Positions 28,955-43,024 of a DNA stretch of 64,000 nt are shown here, piece by piece. Source of the DNA: Octopus vulgaris (lineage: Eukaryota); contig OX597823.1 of the NCBI GenBank assembly GCA_951406725.2, positions 36,766,001-36,830,000 of the forward strand. Direction: 5' to 3'. The notes beneath the pieces are model-generated. The model worked only from the letters and a program-made list of their open reading frames with translations, searched no databases and was not told the origin of the DNA. The position numbers and the translations under genes are program-made. How positions within the stretch are numbered: position 1 is the first letter of the stretch; the number at the start of each line of letters is the position of its first letter.

Positions 28955-31900
28955 AGTGACCAAGACCTTCGATGATATGCTGTGCTTGAGAAGATTCATC
29001 AAGCCAAGTGAAATTGTAGTTATGGTCGATGCCAGTGTCATGCAAATGGCACCCGTGAACTTGTAGTCATGGCTGATGTTGGTGTCATGTAAATGGCACC
29101 CATGCTGGTGGCACATAAAATACACCCATTACAATCTTGGAGTGGTTTGTGTTAGGAAGGGAATCCAACTACAGAAACTATGCCAAACCAGACTAGAATC
29201 TAGTGTAGCTCTCCAGCTTACCAGTTCCAGTCCAGCTGTCTAACCCATTCAAGCATAGAAAGTGGACATTAAATGACGATGTTGATGATGATGATTATAT
29301 ATATCTTTTACTTGTTTCAGTCATTGGACTGCGACCATACTGGGGAACCACCTTGATAGGTTCTGAAGTACTTGTTCTATCTTTTTAAGCTTGGTGCTTA
29401 GTCTAACAGTCTCTTTTGCCAAACTACTTAGTTACAGAGATGTAAAGAAACCTACACTGATTGTCAGGCAGTGGTGGGGGGACAAACACAAAGACCCCTC
29501 CCCCACGTGTGTGTGTGTGTGTGTGAAGTAGGCTTCTTTCAGTTTCTGTCTACCAAATCCACTCATTAGGCTTTGGTTGACCATGGGCTATAATAAAAGA
29601 CAGTTGCCCAAGGTGTCATACAGTGGGAGTGAACCCAGAACCATGTGGTTGAGAAGCAAACTTCTTAAAGCTACAACCTGTACCTACACACACTCACACC
29701 TTATTGACATTGATATTGGTGGTTATAAGAGTGATTGATTTTGTTAAAGTTAGTATTTTTTTGTTATCATTGATGTGGAGATCTTGCTTGCTAGTGATGG
29801 CACTTTTGATCTTATATGTACAGGTCTTGTGAATGATGATGATGATGATGATATAATTGCATATTTTTGATTTGTGGAAATACCTCAAGCAATTCCAATA
29901 TCCCACAAAATTCATGACATCTTAGAAAACATAGAAATCTCCAAGATGAGTTGATAAATGTTTTACAGCAGGGTTGAGACCCCAGTATTTATATTTTTCT
30001 AGATTGTCTAATGACCTGTCTATATCTACAAGCAAAAGAATGAGTATCATCCCTGTTGTTCTAATTACAAATGTGATGTTAGACCTATTTCTCACAGTCT
30101 ATAATGGTTCTAATTGTTGTTGTCCCTTAGAGTTGATTAATCCTGGAAGCAATCTCTAAGTTTCATCTATCATCTTAACCAAACTTTTGATATCCACAAT
30201 ACAGTATGAAAACAGCAGATTTATGAGACTTTACACATTCATTTGTTACACTTCTGTGAAAAAATTTTGTTTTTTGTTTAATTAGATTATAGCAACATTT
30301 GTTGCTCTAATTAATCTCTCAAGATCTCTACAATGCAAAAGAATATCCTAAACCCTCTCCAGTTTTCCTACCTGAGTTATTGATTTCCTTCCTTAACAAC
30401 TTCATAAAACAAATGAACACTTGACTTGGTGAACTCTATTGGTTACAGATCTATGAAACCACAGTGATCACCACTGACAAGCATGTATGACCTGATAGCA
30501 AGTACTATGCTTTTGTTAATTATCTTAGGTGCCCTGTATAGTGATGAGCAATCACTATCTCAATCCTACCACCCTTGGAGGATATGACTACTGGTAGATT
30601 GGTAGTCATTTGAACTGTACAGACCAACTTGACTTGAAGGACACAACATGCTGCTCATTCCAGGAATTGAACCCACAAATTTATGATTCGGTGCTTACAC
30701 CCTATGTTTCTGTTACTATTTAATGTAAAAAAATTGATGATAGAGTTTTAGGTTAGCAACCAAACTAGTAAATGGCAGGAGATGTGGTGGTTGGTTTAAA
30801 TTGGACCTTTACTTTTGAAAACAATGGAAATTAAGAGATTAAAAAATGTAAATTGTTGAAGTAAAAAAGATAATACAATTGTCGATCACTAAAAAAAAAG
30901 TCCTTCATATTGACCATATAATATGTGTGTGCATGCATTCATATCATCTAGAAAAAGATTATGCAAGCCTTGGTTAAGTTGCACACTATGCTTATTTCTG
31001 TCTGCAAACATTCCAGTGTAAGCACACAATGTTTATTGTTTGAAATATCAAGCCAATGCTTCAGCATAAACCACATAATTCTGTTAATTAAAACAAGAAA
31101 ACATAATTCTGTAAAGATTGCAAAAATGCAATAAAGCTCGTTACACATGCAATTAATCAAAAATAGTTCTTCATTCAGACAATTGCATTTCTACATTCAT
31201 GGCAATAAGCCAGTGTTGTGTACATGTATTATGCAGTAGCTGCATAAGGTAGGGAAAGATTAAGGGAGTTATTGCATCTGTTGATGACAACAATAAGATT
31301 ATCATTGTACAAAAAGAAAATGCTGTGGAATTACAACTGTGAGAAGGATAGTGTTACATGGCAGAGAAATATGTAGAAGCAGAGGATAGGAAATAGCAAC
31401 TGTGGAAACATTTGAGTTCAGTCAGTTCTTCAGGAATGAAATGACTGTGTGCATCAGAAGTGGGATGGTAAATGGCAAGACAGAAGACAAGATTTCTTAC
31501 AGTGATTAGAATGTGGTGAATTGACCAAGTTTGGTTGGTTGGTTGGGTAGCAAAAATCAACTCTAGAAGTGATTTGAGTACAAGTGAGTTTGGTCTAAAT
31601 GGTATTGCCTCAGTATAAACAACATGTGTACGGATAATGTTTCTGCAATTAGAAAGTGTCCCTACACGGGGAGTCGGAGGTGTTCTTGGTTGAACTAAAG
31701 GCTGATAGAGAAACATTTGTAAAGTTAGGCCTCAAAATTAATGTAGAATAGAGAAGACATTCTGAGACTTTTAACTACTGTGTGGGAAAACAAATGTAGA
31801 CTGGTGATGATGGTGATGGTGATAGTAATGCTTATAATAAATGTGTTTGGTTTTTGATTTTGACACCAGTTGATATTGGTATGATATAAATGTGCAAAAG

Positions 31901-34900
31901 AAATTGTCTTAACTTAATATGTAAATTTTTCAGACTGGAGATCTTTTACGACACAAAATACAACATCGTCCTGACCGAGAATCTCTTGTAAATCAACACA
32001 TTTTAGAAGGTGAGTTCATTTTAATTTTAAAATAGAATAGAATTGGTACTTATTCCTTATAATCACCCCCTCACCCATTCTCAATCTCTCACTTTCATAC
32101 TCTTAAATCCTCCACCCAGCCACACTCCTAATTCTTCTGTCCCTTTCACTCCCACCCACCTTATCACCATTCTTTTCATCTCTTCTCACTTCTACCCTGG
32201 TCACTCCCACCTTCTCTTGTAAAATGTGAGTAGCAATGTAGCTCCTCTACAGCAAGAAACCTGTTCTACTCTCATACTTTAATCCTTCATCTTCTTGCAT
32301 AAAGTTGTCTTTCTCAGTATTCATAGAATGGCAACTGCATGGCAATCTCACTAGTGTTAGTGGCATGATGAAAATATCTAGTACACTCTGTTGGCATTAG
32401 GAAGGACATCCATTTGTGTAGAAGTAGGCAGTGGACACAATGCAGTTCTTGGACCTCTTGGATCCTGTCAAACCATCCAACCCATACCAGTATGGAACAT
32501 AGATGTTAAGTGATGATGATTTCATTTCTACAAGGTTGGCAGAAAGAAGAAATGTTAATTATTACTGCATAGTTTTTAAATTAGTCTGTTTTAGAGCTTG
32601 ACTTCTATCAATAGTCTCTCATATTTCATTAGTTGAGCTGACTGATTGCTCTCAGTTCTTCTTCATATTTTAGCATTTAAAGCAAAAATTAAAATATTGA
32701 TTTTTAAATTTTGAAGTTTGACAATCAGCTAAAATTACTGCTAAGGAAAAACAATCCAAATACTCAGTCATAGACAAAGTTGATCTCTCACCAGAGTTCA
32801 CTTTGCCTTTCATTCCTCCAGAGTTAATTAAATAACCACCAAGTATTGAGACTGATGTAATTGATTATTGCTCCTTTTGTCAAAAAATTTGTGTTTTACA
32901 CCTAAATTGGAAACTATTATTACTCAATAAAATAAGTACCAGTTGAACACTGGGGTTGGTGTAATTGACTAGCTCTCTACCCCAAAATTTCAGGCCTTGT
33001 GCCTTTGTGCCTATAGTAGAAAGAATCATTATTATTATTATTTCATTGCACAGAATGGAGATAAAATAATTGCTATTTGTTGTTTTTTTTGTTCATCATG
33101 TCAACTGATAAACCTTATAAAAAGTCTTAGATGGGAAGTACCTTCCTTAGAACATGTACTGTTCCAAGCAAGAAAGATTTTGTAGACCACTTGCATGTCA
33201 ATCTTGATGTCCAACCATTCCAGATGGTATGATAACTGTTTGGGATTACTGAACCTTAAACTCCAAAGACTACTGCTATAGTTTTCACTTTTGTTGCTGG
33301 TCATCCCATATTCTTTTAATTCAATATATTTTGACATCTTTCTATTTCCTTGTTTGCAATATTCTTGTCTGAAAAAATTGCAATGTCTGTTGAATCGTTT
33401 TCTATTTTTTCTTTTTTCATGTCATAGACAATGGAATTTCGTCTTTGATATTCAATTATTCTCTCTGGATGTCAAAACCAATAGAATTTTTGATTTACTC
33501 GGTTCATTTAGAACCTTTTCTGTTACATGATTGTACCTACAAATAGTGTGAAGTGTATCCATGATTTTTATATGATCTGTATAATCGGAGGCAAACCTTG
33601 TCATCATGCTGCTTATATTTTATCTGATCTAACATTTTACAGCATGCTTCAATCTGCTCAATATTTTCCACTCACTGATTACAAAAATGGCACTTGTTCA
33701 TTGAAGATGTGGAATAAATACCTTTGTCCACTGAACTAGTGTTTAGCACTTCATCTTGATCAGCCATCCACAAACGCTCAGTTTCTCTCTTTAAATCGAC
33801 ATTTTGGAGCCTCTCTAATGAAGCGTCGTCATTTTTTCACATTCTTGGTGTCTGTGGAACTGTCTATGTTCTGCATTTCTTTTAGCACTTCCCTTCTTTT
33901 ACTAATTATCATATTTTGATAGACTTTCTTCCCTTTTAGTGCTCAACTCTGCCTTTCAGCCTTTTGAAGTCAATAAATTAAGTACCAGTTACACACTGGT
34001 GTTGATGTAATTGACTAGTCTCTTCCCTCAAAATTTCAGGCCTTGTGCCTTTAGTAGAAAAGATTATTATTATTGTTATTATTAAAGTGGCAAGCTGGCA
34101 GAATCATTAGCATGCTGGGCAAAATGCTTAGTGGCATTTCTACTACCTTTACATTCTGAGTTCAAATTCTGCTGAGGACAACTTTGCATTTCATCCTTTT
34201 GGAGTCAATAAAATAAGTGCAGTTGTGTACTGGGGTCAATGTAAACGATTTACTCCTGCCCCTGAAATTGCTGGTTTTGTGCCAAAATTTGAAACTATTA
34301 TTATTTAGGCAGGGAGCTGACAGAATCCTTAGTATGCCAGACAAAATTCTTAGTGGCATTTCGTCCGTCTTTACATTCTGAATTCAAAATTCCGCCAAGG
34401 TCGACTTTGCTTTTCATCCTTTTGGAGTTGATAAAATGAGTACCAATGAAACACTGGGGTCAATGTAATTGACTAGTCCCTCTCTCCAGATTTCAGGCCC
34501 TGTGCTTTAGTAGAAAGGATTATTATTATTGGATAGCCAGCTAGCAGAATTATTAGTACACTTGACAAAATGCTTAGCAGTATTTTGTCTGACATTATAT
34601 TCCAAGTTCAAATTCCACTGAGGTTGACTTTCATCCTTTCAGGGTCAATAAATTAAGTACCAGTTACACACTGGGGTCATTGTAATTGACTAGTCCCTCC
34701 CCCAAAAATTTCAGGCCTTCTGCTTACAACAGAAAGGATGATGATTATTATCATTATAGTAATAATAATAATATCGTTATCATTAATATTTACACACTGT
34801 AAAGTGGTTAGCATTAGGAAGGGCATCCAGCTATAGAAACCAAGCCAAATCAGACTGGACAATTCTGGTGAAACTGTCCAGCATGGAAAATGGATGTTAA

Positions 34901-35466
34901 AGGATGATGATGATTTGGGATTTCTTCTGATCCTTTACATTCTGTTGAGGTTATCTTCTATCCTTTCAGGGGTTGATAAAATAAGTAACAGTTGAGCACT
35001 GGGGTTGATGTAATCGACTAGCCCTCTCCCACAAAATATCTGGCCTTGTGTCTGTAGCTGAAAGGATTGACATTATTATTATTGTTGTTATTTAAATATT
35101 GTCATGATTGACTTTGCATTTCATCTTTACAGACTTGACAACATATGTACTAATTAAGTGTTGCACTCAATTTCATTAACTCTACCCTCCCTATAATTTT
35201 TGCTGCTGTACCTTTGTTAAGAATTATTTATTTATCTATTATTGTTATTATTCAGATACAAATGTAGATCCATCACTTCATGATCGTCAACGACAGCTAA
35301 AAAGAGCCAAGCTAGCTGATGGACTCAATGATAAGCTGTCTCATCGTCCTGGCCCATTGGAACTTGTACAGGGCAACATCCTGCAAGCAAATGAAGAACT
35401 AGCAGAAGCTATCAAAGGTTAGTATCATCAAATAAACATACTTGGGAATGGGCGAATGGGGACATG

Positions 35467-35497
<31 letters not shown>

Positions 35498-37526
35498 TCA
35501 TATATATATACACACACACACACACACACTCATATATACACACACACACACACATACACACACACACACTCATATACACACACTCATATACACACACACT
35601 CATACACACACACACTCATACACACACACACACACGCACACCTTTGTGGATGCATATTGACGAGCATATTACATATTTCCGTCTTATTTGTTGAGAAATT
35701 TCTGTTTCTTGGATGTAGGAAATGGTATTGTTAAGCCATGTTGCTACAATGTGTGGTTGTTACATTAACCCTGTTCTCCCCATCACCACAACCACTGCTG
35801 CTGCCTAAACAATTTGTGTTTTTTTTTTAATCTCACTAATAACAATAGAATTGTTTCATTTGTTAACTTCACATTTTCTACTATCAACCTTTCCTTGCTC
35901 TCCCAAAACGTTTTGTTGTTCTGCCTTTTCAATCTTGTAACTGCCTACTACCATGTATATGGTTCTAACCAAGTTTGGTACCATGTTAAGGAGATAGCAA
36001 AACAATGAAGATTAGACAGTGTTATTGTTTGCCTGTTTGCATGCACCTTAAAACAGCCTTAATATTGTAGTAAGCTTTTATGAAGACTGCCAATCTATAG
36101 TGTAGAAATAATGTTCTATTAGCTGTGTTCAGTTGGCATTTGATGACATTCTTAAGGTTGATATGTTTTGCTGTTTGACTTCCTAAGGATATATTACAAA
36201 TAACAGAAATTTTGAAATATTTGAACAGTGTCATCATACCTTGTATGTTTGTTTGTCATTTTCTTCAGAGGCTTGTTTGCAAAATATAGTTGCAGAAAAT
36301 AAATCTCATGGTGGGTTTGTAGTCACGGTGTTAGTAAAGTATTTGATTGTTTCCATGTGTTAATTAGGTGGTAATAAAGAAATTGAATGATGGCTCCACT
36401 ATTATATTTGTCTGTTTATCCAAACTTTGGTACTTCATTGTATATTTTGCCAGATTTGACTCAGACAGAATCAGTAGAATATGCACTGCTGGTATATAGG
36501 ATACAATTAATGACCTTTCACATCTATTTCAAAATGATTATGCGTATTGGTAAAAGAAATACTTGTTGGTGCTGTTTTGTGGTTGAATGTCTTTACCTAG
36601 TGCAAATGACTCGACTATGAAAGGGAGATGATTATAATTTCCAACTCAAAAATGATAATGAATTGTCAGGTATGCTTTATCAAGATCAAGCAATACATTT
36701 GGCAAGCTTTCAGCATAATATAGTTTGCTTGTTAATTGTACTTTTATGTGGTCAAACTTTGGCAGTAACTCTGTGCAGTTGGCTGGTTAAGCTTGGCACA
36801 CGTGCAGTTTTTTTTTTTTTTTATTTAAAAAAGAAATAGGTGCATAAAAACTATGAATATCCACTAAATCTAATTTTAGGCTTGTGATTTGCTGCATGCA
36901 CGTGCACACACACTCGCGTAAATGAGTTTATGGGATGAATTGATAATATCTCTACTTATTTTTTGTGAATATCAATGTTACAATCAAATAAATATGTGTT
37001 GATGAAGTCATACCCAAAACCAAAACCAGATGCATTGGCAGAATTTGATACTGTTACAAAACAAATGTGTTTGTAACAATACATAATTTCATCAGTTTTA
37101 TAAGTGTGTGTGTGTGTATACACACGCCTTCCAAGTATTGAAGCAAATATATACATTTGTTTTTACATCTTAATGCTCATTAGATGCTACATATCTTATC
37201 AATGAGTCGAGATTAGTGATTTAAAGATAGATAATTAATTCCTTCCAGGCATAAACAAAGAAAGAACATTGCTAATATATGTGATATTTAGGATTCAGTC
37301 ACTTCACTGGATTCTATTGGCAATGATTGGGATTAAGTCTGTGAAATTTATAGAATTTACAAACAGGTGTAGGTGTGGCTGTGTGGTAAGGAGCTTGCTT
37401 CCCAACCACATGGTTCTGGGTTCAGTCCCACTACGTGGCACCTTGGGCAAGTGTCTTCTGCTATAGCATTGGACTGACCAAAGTCTTGTGAGTGGATTTA
37501 GTAGACAGAAACTGAAAGAAGCCTGT

Positions 37527-37575
<49 letters not shown>

Positions 37576-38604
37576 CAGGTCATTATGAATGAAATGTCCG
37601 ATTTTAAACTGAAAGTTTATATTACTTTATCTCAAGAAAAAGCAATGCAATTAATCAAAGTATGCACCTAAATTATCAACACAATTTTGCAATTTTATCA
37701 GTAGCTTATTTATGCTGGCAGCAAAGAATTCTGGTGAGCAAGTGGTGATGAAATCATGAAAGGCTGTTTTTGCATTTTCTTCAGATTTGAATTTTTTCCC
37801 TTACAAAAAGTTGTCTAATGCTTGGAAAACATGATAGTCAGTTGGTGCAAGGTCTGGTGAATATGGTGGATGACAGAGTACTTCCAAGTTCAGTTTCTGT
37901 AACTTCAGTAGCTTTCTTTGTGCAACATGTGGTCAAGAATCGGCCTGTCTCTATTGACCAATCTGGTTGTTTAATTGCAAGTTCATTCATCATTTCATCC
38001 AGTTGGTTGATGTATACATCCACTGCAATTGACTTACCAGGTCTCATGAAGCTGTAGTGGATGACACCATTGCTTAACCACCGGACACCATTAACTTTTT
38101 TTGGTGAATATTCTTTTTTAGATTGTGTTTTGGCACTTTGTCTCTATCTAACCACTGTGCAGAATGCATATGGTCTCAGGCCACAATCTGTTTTATATGA
38201 CTGAAGGTCTTGATGGTATGTAATGAAGCAGATTGGCTGAACTTGGTCTTCAGATGAGAAGCTCAATAACTTGAGATCAATAAGAAGTGATTGAGAACTC
38301 ATTATTTATACCTACTAAGGTCACTGACATTATGGGTTACCTTCTGTCCAATGTTTTGTGATTTCAATACCCTAACATCAATCTTTGATATCAAAGTATT
38401 TTGGCTTTAGGATGGATGTTAAATTAATTTCTTGTTAGACTTAATTTTGGTGTGTTTCTAGTAATTCACCTTTAGAACTCACAATGTCTTGGAGATTAAC
38501 AATTTCATCTTTTTTATGAGAATATTCTTCTAGTCATACTAAATGTTTGTAGTAGGAACAGAACAGTATTTGTAGTAGTAGTTGTCTTGTGTGGTCAGTT
38601 GTGT

Positions 38605-38657
<53 letters not shown>

Positions 38658-40071
38658 GTTAATATATATTAAGACATTCTCAGAATCTGTTAAGTCTAAC
38701 AGGTAATTCCTGCCACTCTTTTTTCCTGTTGGATACTTTGCCCTTCTTGTTTTGTGGCCTAAAATGCCCAATATTTCTTAAGTGCACAAAGAAGCAGATA
38801 CATTGAAACATACTCAGTAAGATAGCCTATGTGAGATTATTCAGCCCACTTGAAATAGCTGTGACAATGCTTACAAAACACACATTGCATCTTAGTAAAA
38901 GAAGGCATTAGATAATGTAGTCTGGATATCACTATGCTTTAAAAAAGACTGTTTTGGTCATAAGTTTGCTTGATTGGAGCTAACTTGAACCTAAACAAAT
39001 TCATCATTATTTTATATTCCAAATTGTTCCATATAGATATCCTGGATTTTTCCCTGAATTGCTTGAATTGAGAACAATCTAGAACAAAAAGCTTGTTACG
39101 TCCAAGTCTTTTGCTTTGAAACCAGATTTTTGTAGAACTGGTTAGCGTGCATGTGTGTGTGTGTGTAGGGGGGAGCTTGAAGAGAATTATTTGCGGTGTG
39201 AATGTGACAATAGGTTCTGTATATGAAACTGTGGTGGTGGGTAGTCTAGAAGGGTTATGATCAAATTATTTGCTGTTTATGGAATAACATGATAACAATA
39301 CCATACTATCTATACTGGTTATTCTTACAAAAACAATACTAATAAAGGGTGTGTTATATATATAATGACATGTGTGCATCATATAGATAGATTGTTGTTG
39401 GTTTGATCTGGAAGAAGGTCTTTCAAGACCAGTAAGACCAATGTCTTGAATAGCTACAGAGAAACTGAGAGAAGGAATTTCAGAAGGCCTGTGTTTTAGG
39501 GGTGAACAACCAGGCATAGTGTTTTATATCCATAATTCTCTTATAGTGTTGTTAAGATTGTTTTATCTGAGAGCCATTTTGACATTTGTTAGATCTCTGG
39601 GTTTTTTTTTTTATCTTGATATTTCACTTGATGGTCATGTTTGGTGTTGGAAGACTTGTCATCGGTCAGATAGTCAAAGATAGAGTTGTAACTTGATCAT
39701 GGATACATTAGACATTCATAATTAAATTTTAAATCATATGTTTAATTATGTTGTATTTAATTACATATATTCATACATTTAATTATATTGTAACGTTTCT
39801 CTTCCTTTAGAAGGAATTAGTTAATCTAATTTGTTTACTTAAAATTAAAAAAATCTGTCCCTCCCACTTTTATCTAAAATATATTATATCTATTGTTTCT
39901 GTCTATTTATTTTAACATCTAAACTTAGTGACTCCAACTTCAGGCATTGAGACTGTGGCAGAATTTCTCTTTTCTTCTCTCTGTGTGTTATCAGTTGCCA
40001 AGTTCTGCCTTGGCTTTACAACTTTATCATTATTATTATTATTATTTTATTTTACACTTACTGACATAATG

Positions 40072-40161
<90 letters not shown>

Positions 40162-42971
40162 TTATATATATATTTATTTATATATATATTTATATATATA
40201 TATATGCTATTTGATAAATAAATAAACTACAAAACAAACAGCAAAAAAAGAAAATAAAACAAATTGCATGCTGTGTTTTTTATGGCTTTTCCTACTAAGA
40301 ACTTCTGCCACTATATTTAAATTAAAGGTATCAAACTGAGGGATTTAAGCTCAAAGAAGTTTTTAGCAACTGAACAAGGTAAATGCTTGTATTTTTTGCT
40401 AATAATAATATCTATATACATATCTGTATATATATATTATATATATATCCACAGTCTTCTTTTCCTTTATGTACAATATGTTATTGTTGCTGCCCAGCAC
40501 TGCAAATTCCTGCCACCTCCACCTCTTTCCTGTCCTGCACTATAAATGCAACTGCATGCATTGTTTTCAACTATATTTTTTTTCCTAGTAATTCACAATT
40601 TAGAAAAGGCAATTCTTGTTTTTATTTTTGTGCTAATTTTTTTAATATTTTATGCCCTATTTCTTTTAGATATGAAGCAGGAGAAAATAAGAACAACATA
40701 TTTCAAATTCCTTGACTACATAAATCAATGTTGATTATATAAATTAGTAATAATATTAATAATCCATTTTAGTAAAGGCATTAGGCCTAAAATTTAGCAG
40801 GATGAGACTAGTTGATTACATCGACTCCAGTGTTTTGCTGGTACTTAATTTATCAACTCCGAAAGGATGAAGGGCAAAGTTGATCTTGGTGGAATTTGAA
40901 CTCAGAACATAGCGACAGGCGAAATACTGCTAAGCATTTCGTCCAGCATGCTAACGGCTCTACCAGCTCACCAATATAAATAATAATAATAATAAGTATG
41001 TATATAACAAAATAAATCTAAAGAAACACCAACTATCCTTTAATTAGATTATTATGGCCATATTTTGCTGTAAATAAGAGGTTACTAATGCTAATTAGAA
41101 TGATCACTATTCAATGAATTTTAGTTATCAATAGCTTATACTGTATAAATTATACTGTGACCACTCTCCATTTTATTAAACCAACTGAGTAAATTGCCAC
41201 TAAGTTGTTATTTTTATCTGCTGCCATTTAGAAATTCTAATTTTCAAATTATATATTTAGTAAATCCTTTCACCAAGACGTTGATCTCTAGAAATGAAAA
41301 GTGATATCTCTTAAGTATAGCTTCTCCTGCTTCTTTATTATAATATTTCATTGCTTTATTTCTGTTGTATAGCTTGAGAGTCCAAAGAACTGTTCTGGTT
41401 TCATCACTGGATGTATGACATGTTGATACGAGCTTTATACATTTGGAAACCAAGAATAAAGGCCTAAATCTCTATTTTGGGGGCAAAAACTGGGTACTAA
41501 ATGATTAGATCAATTATCTCATTATGTAAGAATTAATGAATCTGAGTCCACTTTAGGACCAGGGTTGTAGAGTTATATTGGCCAGTTTCTGGTGGAGCAT
41601 TATATTCTGTTTATTGCCATAGCTAAAGTAATGACAAACTTTGTGGAAGCTGTCTGCTAATTCAAGTTGAATTCCTCATCATTTCTTTTACTTTTCTTAC
41701 CAAAAATAGCTTCTTTCAATTTTTACAAGGTCATTTACAAATGACATCCCGCCAGTGTATTGATTTATATACTTGCTGGAGTAGGAGTACTTATGCTTCT
41801 TTAATTATGAAGCAATCATAGTTGATGTAAGTTTTTGTACAGTACATCTTTTGTGCCAATACTTGCAGATTGCTCCATCAATTCAGCACATAATTTGCAA
41901 CCACTGATGTGTTCTGTTAGATATATTGGACACAAAAACAGACACAGCTTTATACTTTATCTTTGTTCTCAGGAAATGTTTTTTTTTTCTCTCTCTATAA
42001 AGCTTTTTTTTTTGTTTCATCATGTCATAGTCAAGTTTTTATTTTACATCCTGGCTTGATAAAATGAGTCTTATAAATTCTCTTACTAAAATGTGTGACT
42101 TTGTACCAATGTTAGAAATCCTTACTCTATATGACATTTATTGAAGTCTGTCAGTTTATAGATTACAATATCTTACTGCAGATGTGACTAGCTAATTCTA
42201 ACATCAATGCAAAATTATCAAATTTACAAGAACCTTGACCATTTGACCTACTCCAAATAAAAGTCAAGTCTGTTTTGCATGGTTTTCTTTTAATCCATTA
42301 GCATTCAAGCTAGCCATATCTGGCCAAATAGTCAACCTGTTTTTATGCTCAAACCAGCCAGATCTGGCCTCTCACACCTGCTCTACAATGTCCTTTTAAA
42401 AATAAGCAATCACATCTTTGAAATCTCATATCTACATTATAATGCATGATTAATTCAAAACAATGTGAATGAATAAGCATTACGTTTGACTAAGTTATCT
42501 GAATGCTAAAAGGTTTAAGAAGGAGCACAGCATTTAATTTTGCATTCTTCATTTGACTTATTACTACAATTTCAGAATTAGTACAAACACTTTCTAGAAA
42601 AATTACTTGTCATAGTTTAGTATCCTATCCCTGAGGAGATTTGCCTCTCATTTAGCTCAATGATGATAAAATTACAGTTGAGCTCTAGCATTAATATTCC
42701 CTTTAAAAATATATCTTTTGATTTAGAATATTTTATTTTGTGTCATAGTTTTAACCATCCACACTCACCCTCATGCATTTTGACATCATTGTGTCTTTGT
42801 GAGTAGCTTTGGGTGATGCATGCCTATGTCCTTGTATAGTAGTCTCTGTGATTGTGCATATATGTTCATGTATGCTCGAACCTATTTGTGCGTATGATCT
42901 GTGAAGTTCTGTGCACTTCAGTAAACTCAAATGTATTCAAGTTAAAAAACAAAATCCATTTATATATTCTG

Positions 42972-43024
<53 letters not shown>

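Noticed and set aside
29850-30450. Possible very old CR1/L2 LINE remnant on the minus strand
   Set aside because: Only a faint W-N-x-L resemblance; too decayed to support by eye.
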